Shown: piece by piece, positions 14,202 through 17,323 of the stretch
Position numbering within the stretch: position 1 is the stretch's first letter
Layout of the letters: every line of letters begins with the position of its first letter
Assembly (NCBI GenBank): GCA_043803685.1
Contig: JAZDJU010000007.1
Coordinates: 1 to 17,323 of the forward strand
Length of the DNA: 17,323 nt
From: Candidatus Omnitrophota bacterium
GTDB lineage: Bacteria; Omnitrophota; Omnitrophia; Omnitrophales; Aquincolibacteriaceae
Direction of reading: 5' to 3'
Translations under genes and position numbers: made by a program
The notes under the pieces: model-generated
The model's input: only the letters and a program-made list of their open reading frames with translations
The model's database searches: none
What the model was told of the DNA's origin: nothing

Positions 14202-15875
14202 ATGCCTGCCGCTGTGAAAACACCTCATTTGAAAATCGCGATTGCGCAGATGAATCCGACGGTTGGCGATTATTCCGCCAACTCCAAGAAGATCATCGAC
14301 TGGATCGACCAAGCGGACCGGGAAAATGCCGATATCATCGTTTTCCCCGAATGTGCGCTTTGCGGTTATCCTGTCTGGGATCTCGCTAACAAAAAACAAT
14401 TTGTTGAAGAGGGTTTGAAACAGCTCAAACGTATTGCTCGTACAACATCGACCAAGAAGATAGCAGTGGTTTTGGGTTTTATAGATCGCCCCTCGAAAAA
14501 TATTGTGTCCAATAAGCCAAACTCATTCAACGCGCTTGCCTGGATCGAAAAAGGTAAGATTCGTACCGTCTATCACAAGCAGCTGCTTCCTACCTATGAT
14601 GTGTTTCTGGAGGAAATATTTTTTCAATCTGGTTCCGAGACTAAAATCGTCCCATTAAAAGGGCGAAAAATCGGACTGTCGATCTGTGAGGATATCTGGG
14701 ACGAGCGATACAAGGTGAAACCATTGGCGGGGCTTGCGAAGAAGAAGGCCGATCTCGTTCTTAATATTTCCGCATCCCCTTATTATCGCAATGTATCCGA
14801 AGCTCGCGAACGATTGCTTAAAGGACATACTCATGGTTATGGTTTTCCGATCCTTTATGTAAATCAGGTTGGTGGGCAGGACGACCTTCTTTTTGACGGG
14901 CGCAGCTTTTTTATGAACGCGAAAGGACGGGTGCTTTTTAAGGCGCCCGCTTTCGAAGAAGGGCTCTTTTTTCTTACCCCAGATCAAACACATACCTCTT
15001 ATCCAGTCGTATTGCCACGAGATAGAAAATCTCATGAAATTAGTGAGATGTATCAGGCGCTTGTGATGGGTGTCCGGGATTATTTTAGAAAGAATGGTTT
15101 TAAAAAAGCTGTGATCGGTTTGAGTGGCGGAATCGACTCTGCGATGGTTGCGGCAATCGCGGTGGACGCGCTTGGCAAGGATTCCGTTAAAGGCATTACG
15201 ATGCCCGGACCATTCTCGTCGCAAGGGAGTTGGAAGGATTCGGAAGACTTGGCAAAGGCTCTTGGGATTCAATTTGAAGTTCGACCGATTCGTGAAAAGT
15301 ATGACTCATGGCTTAAAGAAGCTAAGATTTCGGCGACGCAAAGGCCGACACTGGCTATGGAGAATCTCCAAGCGCGTCTGCGTGGGATGGAGCTGATGTT
15401 TATTTCTAATGATGAAGGTCGGCTTGTCCTTACAACGGGGAATAAGTCCGAGCTGGCCATGGGCTATTGTACGCTCTACGGCGATATGGCCGGTGGGCTT
15501 GCAGTAATCGGGGATGTATATAAGACTGACGTGTATCGGCTTGCGCGATACCGTAATACGGTCAAACAAGTAATTCCAGCGCCTACTCTCACAAAAGCCC
15601 CATCTGCTGAACTTCGGCCAGACCAAAAGGATCAGGATTCTCTGCCTCCTTATGATGTGCTGGATGAGATCCTTTGTTTTTATATCGAAAAGAACTTGAG
15701 CCGTGATGAAATCGTTCGAAAACTTAAGAAAAAAGTTCCTGCCACAGTTATTGTAGATGCGATTTCCAAGGTCGATCACAACGAATACAAACGCCGCCAA
15801 ACACCTCCTATCCTGCGCGTGACTGAGAAAGCTTGGTTCGGTCGTCGCATGCCAATTACCAATCGATTCTCCTGA
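14202..15875 (+). CDS. nadE: Glutamine-dependent NAD+ synthetase
   Basis: Nitrilase-type domain (IAIAQMN..VGD; FPE, YHKQLLP and ICED catalytic E-K-C; NQVGGQDDLLFDG) fused to an NAD synthase domain (GLSGGIDS, ENLQARLR, TGNKSE, PSAELRPDQKD, EYKRRQ). Start is 14202 (ATG) or 14181 (GTG). Confidence 0.97.
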   Translation: MPAAVKTPHLKIAIAQMNPTVGDYSANSKKIIDWIDQADRENADIIVFPECALCGYPVWDLANKKQFVEEGLKQLKRIARTTSTKKIAVVLGFIDRPSKNIVSNKPNSFNALAWIEKGKIRTVYHKQLLPTYDVFLEEIFFQSGSETKIVPLKGRKIGLSICEDIWDERYKVKPLAGLAKKKADLVLNISASPYYRNVSEARERLLKGHTHGYGFPILYVNQVGGQDDLLFDGRSFFMNAKGRVLFKAPAFEEGLFFLTPDQTHTSYPVVLPRDRKSHEISEMYQALVMGVRDYFRKNGFKKAVIGLSGGIDSAMVAAIAVDALGKDSVKGITMPGPFSSQGSWKDSEDLAKALGIQFEVRPIREKYDSWLKEAKISATQRPTLAMENLQARLRGMELMFISNDEGRLVLTTGNKSELAMGYCTLYGDMAGGLAVIGDVYKTDVYRLARYRNTVKQVIPAPTLTKAPSAELRPDQKDQDSLPPYDVLDEILCFYIEKNLSRDEIVRKLKKKVPATVIVDAISKVDHNEYKRRQTPPILRVTEKAWFGRRMPITNRFS

Positions 15876-16013
15876 TAGCAACTTCTGCTATTCTTAGCAC
15901 CATCCTCAAAATCTCCTTTCGAGAGCTCTAAGCTCTTGGCAGGTATTACTACAGGACATCCTGAAAATTCCGATACATTAATGATAAGATCCTTCAACCT
16001 TGCGGGGTGCCCT

Positions 16014-16388
16014 GTGGACAAGAAAATACTAGTGATTGATGATGATGCTCTTATACTCAAAACACTAAAAATGCTTCTCTCAAGGGAAAAATATGTGGTG
16101 GATTGTGTTCGTAATGGCCAAGAAGCTGCAACGCGAATACATGAGGGATCCTATCATTTGATTATCTGCGATGTTCGCATGCCGGGAGAGGACGGCATCG
16201 CGGTCATAAAAAACCTGAAGAAGATAAGTCAAGAGATGAATCATTGTGAAATCCCTTTTATTTTTATTACGGGATATGCAAGCGAAAACACACCTATTGA
16301 AGCCATAAAATTAGGGGCCAGGGATTATATCCTCAAGCCTTTTGATCTTGATGAGCTAATGAAAAGCATAAAACAGAATTTAAATTGA
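16014..16388 (+). CDS. Single-domain response regulator (receiver only)
   Basis: KILVIDDD, phospho-acceptor ICDVRMPG, ITGY and ILKPF, with no output domain. GTG start at 16014 preferred. Confidence 0.92.
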   Translation: MDKKILVIDDDALILKTLKMLLSREKYVVDCVRNGQEAATRIHEGSYHLIICDVRMPGEDGIAVIKNLKKISQEMNHCEIPFIFITGYASENTPIEAIKLGARDYILKPFDLDELMKSIKQNLN

Positions 16389-16396
16389 TACTGATT

Positions 16397-17089
16397 ATGG
16401 ATCAGTCCCCAAGACCTTTTTTTTATGAAGCAAAAATAAGGGTTAGACTTTTCAGAAAGCTTATATATCGCTTGTGGAAATGGACAGTTTTGGCGGATGC
16501 AAAATCTTATATTTATAAAATAAATGATGAGTCAAAACAAGCATCAGCGTTGTTAACCCCCGCTATTGTGCTATCCACCTTTTCAAGGCCGTTAGATTTT
16601 TTGATTTTGTTTTATTTGTTCCAGGAAAAAGAACTTACTTTTATTTCCCCTCGTAATTTGCCTTTTGAAAAAAATTTCCTCCGGTTGAGTTCCATTGCCC
16701 GGATGCTTCATTTTGATGGGCTGATCGGCTATTCATTTTTCAGAAAACTTCTCGCGGCATTGCGTGATTTTAACCGTTCCGTTGTGATTTCGCCCCAGGC
16801 AATCTCGAGGTATGCGGGGCATATCCCCATTGATTTTTCGGTAGTTGCCAGGATAGCCATGGCAGCGAATGTTCCGATTATCACGGTCATTATGAAGTGG
16901 CAAAATGATGTGGAGTCTAGAAAGGGGTGCCAAGTTCAAATTAGAAAAAAAGTTTATGTTTCTCCGAGATCTGAAGAATTTAAAGACGTCTTTTTTAAAC
17001 AAAAGGGTTTGCGGAAGTTTAGAAAGCTTCCCAAAGAGGATTTGACGGTTATCGGACAACGAATATTTTCAATGCTGGAGCAAGGGTAA
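16397..17089 (+). CDS. PlsC/LPLAT-fold protein with degenerate catalytic motifs
   Basis: PAIVLSTFSRPLDF (canonical NHxSxxD), VVISPQA (canonical IFPEG) and ARIAMAANVPIITV are in acyltransferase order and spacing. Confidence 0.6.
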   Translation: MDQSPRPFFYEAKIRVRLFRKLIYRLWKWTVLADAKSYIYKINDESKQASALLTPAIVLSTFSRPLDFLILFYLFQEKELTFISPRNLPFEKNFLRLSSIARMLHFDGLIGYSFFRKLLAALRDFNRSVVISPQAISRYAGHIPIDFSVVARIAMAANVPIITVIMKWQNDVESRKGCQVQIRKKVYVSPRSEEFKDVFFKQKGLRKFRKLPKEDLTVIGQRIFSMLEQG

Positions 17090-17093
17090 ATAG

Positions 17094-17182
17094 ATGGTGC
17101 AAATCTATCGTCGAAAATGGAACCAGGATTTTTTTAGATCTCTCTGGTGTTACCTCCGCGATAGTGTGGTGCTTTGGCTGCC
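17094..17182 (+). pseudogene. Probable 5' end of a gene interrupted by the IS3 insertion
   Basis: The ATG is 4 bp after the previous stop and follows AAGGG. The frame MVQIYRRKWNQDFFRSLWCYLRDSVVLWLP is open up to the IS end at 17183. Confidence 0.4.
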
Positions 17183-17323
17183 TGACCTGCCCCACTTAGT
17201 TGTACCAGCATGAGTGAGAGAGTGGCTGCCGGTTTGACCACCTTAACTGTACTGCTTCTGGTGCCGGAGGACGATAGCCCAGCGAGCTATGCGGCCTGAT
17301 CGTGTTGTAATCGATTCTCCAGC
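17183..17323 (-). mobile_element. IS3-family insertion sequence, right end (continues beyond the window)
   Basis: Terminus 5'-TGACCTGCCCC (element ends ...GGGGCAGGTCA), consistent with IS3 TG...CA ends, directly after a transposase C-terminus. Confidence 0.85.
17196..17321 (-). CDS. IS3-family transposase (OrfB, rve-type DDE), C-terminal fragment
   Basis: Translated by hand as WRIDYNTIRPHSSLGYRPPAPEAVQLRWSNRQPLSHSCWYN-stop. W..DYN..RPHSSLGY.PP is the IS3 C-terminal signature. Confidence 0.9.
   Translation of the reverse strand, partial: WRIDYNTIRPHSSLGYRPPAPEAVQLRWSNRQPLSHSCWYN

Noticed and set aside
215..17059. The many antisense and alternate-frame ORFs in the track (e.g. 534-1067, 1736-2443, 5280-5810, 7283-7597, 14655-15272, 15306-15881)
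   Set aside because: They overlap well-supported genes and show no recognisable motifs; treated as shadow ORFs.
1..17323. CRISPR array or rRNA
   Set aside because: No regularly spaced repeat-spacer series and no rRNA-like sequence seen.

Overview
This bacterial window has three parts. (1) Positions 1-8543 are an all-plus-strand right end of a probable integrative conjugative element. It runs VirB10/TrbI-like gene, PC4/YdbC-like ssDNA-binding protein, a GAAA-capped hairpin, then a tightly coupled four-gene cargo module (TolC, OpgH/MdoH-like GT2 glucosyltransferase, HlyD-type adaptor, sugar-phosphate nucleotidyltransferase). After that come a YhcG/DUF1016 nuclease, two small excisionase-like HTH genes (one missing from the ORF track), and a tyrosine integrase whose stop codon lies inside the 5' end of a tRNA-Pro(TGG) gene. 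(2) Right of the tRNA is a Hachiman (hamAB) anti-phage locus with no integrase of its own, followed by a poorly coding stretch with REP-like palindromes. (3) The rest looks like backbone: a Cys-rich protein, glutamine-dependent nadE, a single-domain response regulator, a degenerate PlsC-like protein, and the end of an IS3-family element that appears to interrupt the next gene. The best candidate for an undescribed system is the mobile TolC-OpgH-HlyD-NTP-transferase module, which reads like a synthase-driven glucan secretion machine. All family calls come from motif recognition by eye; no database searches were run.
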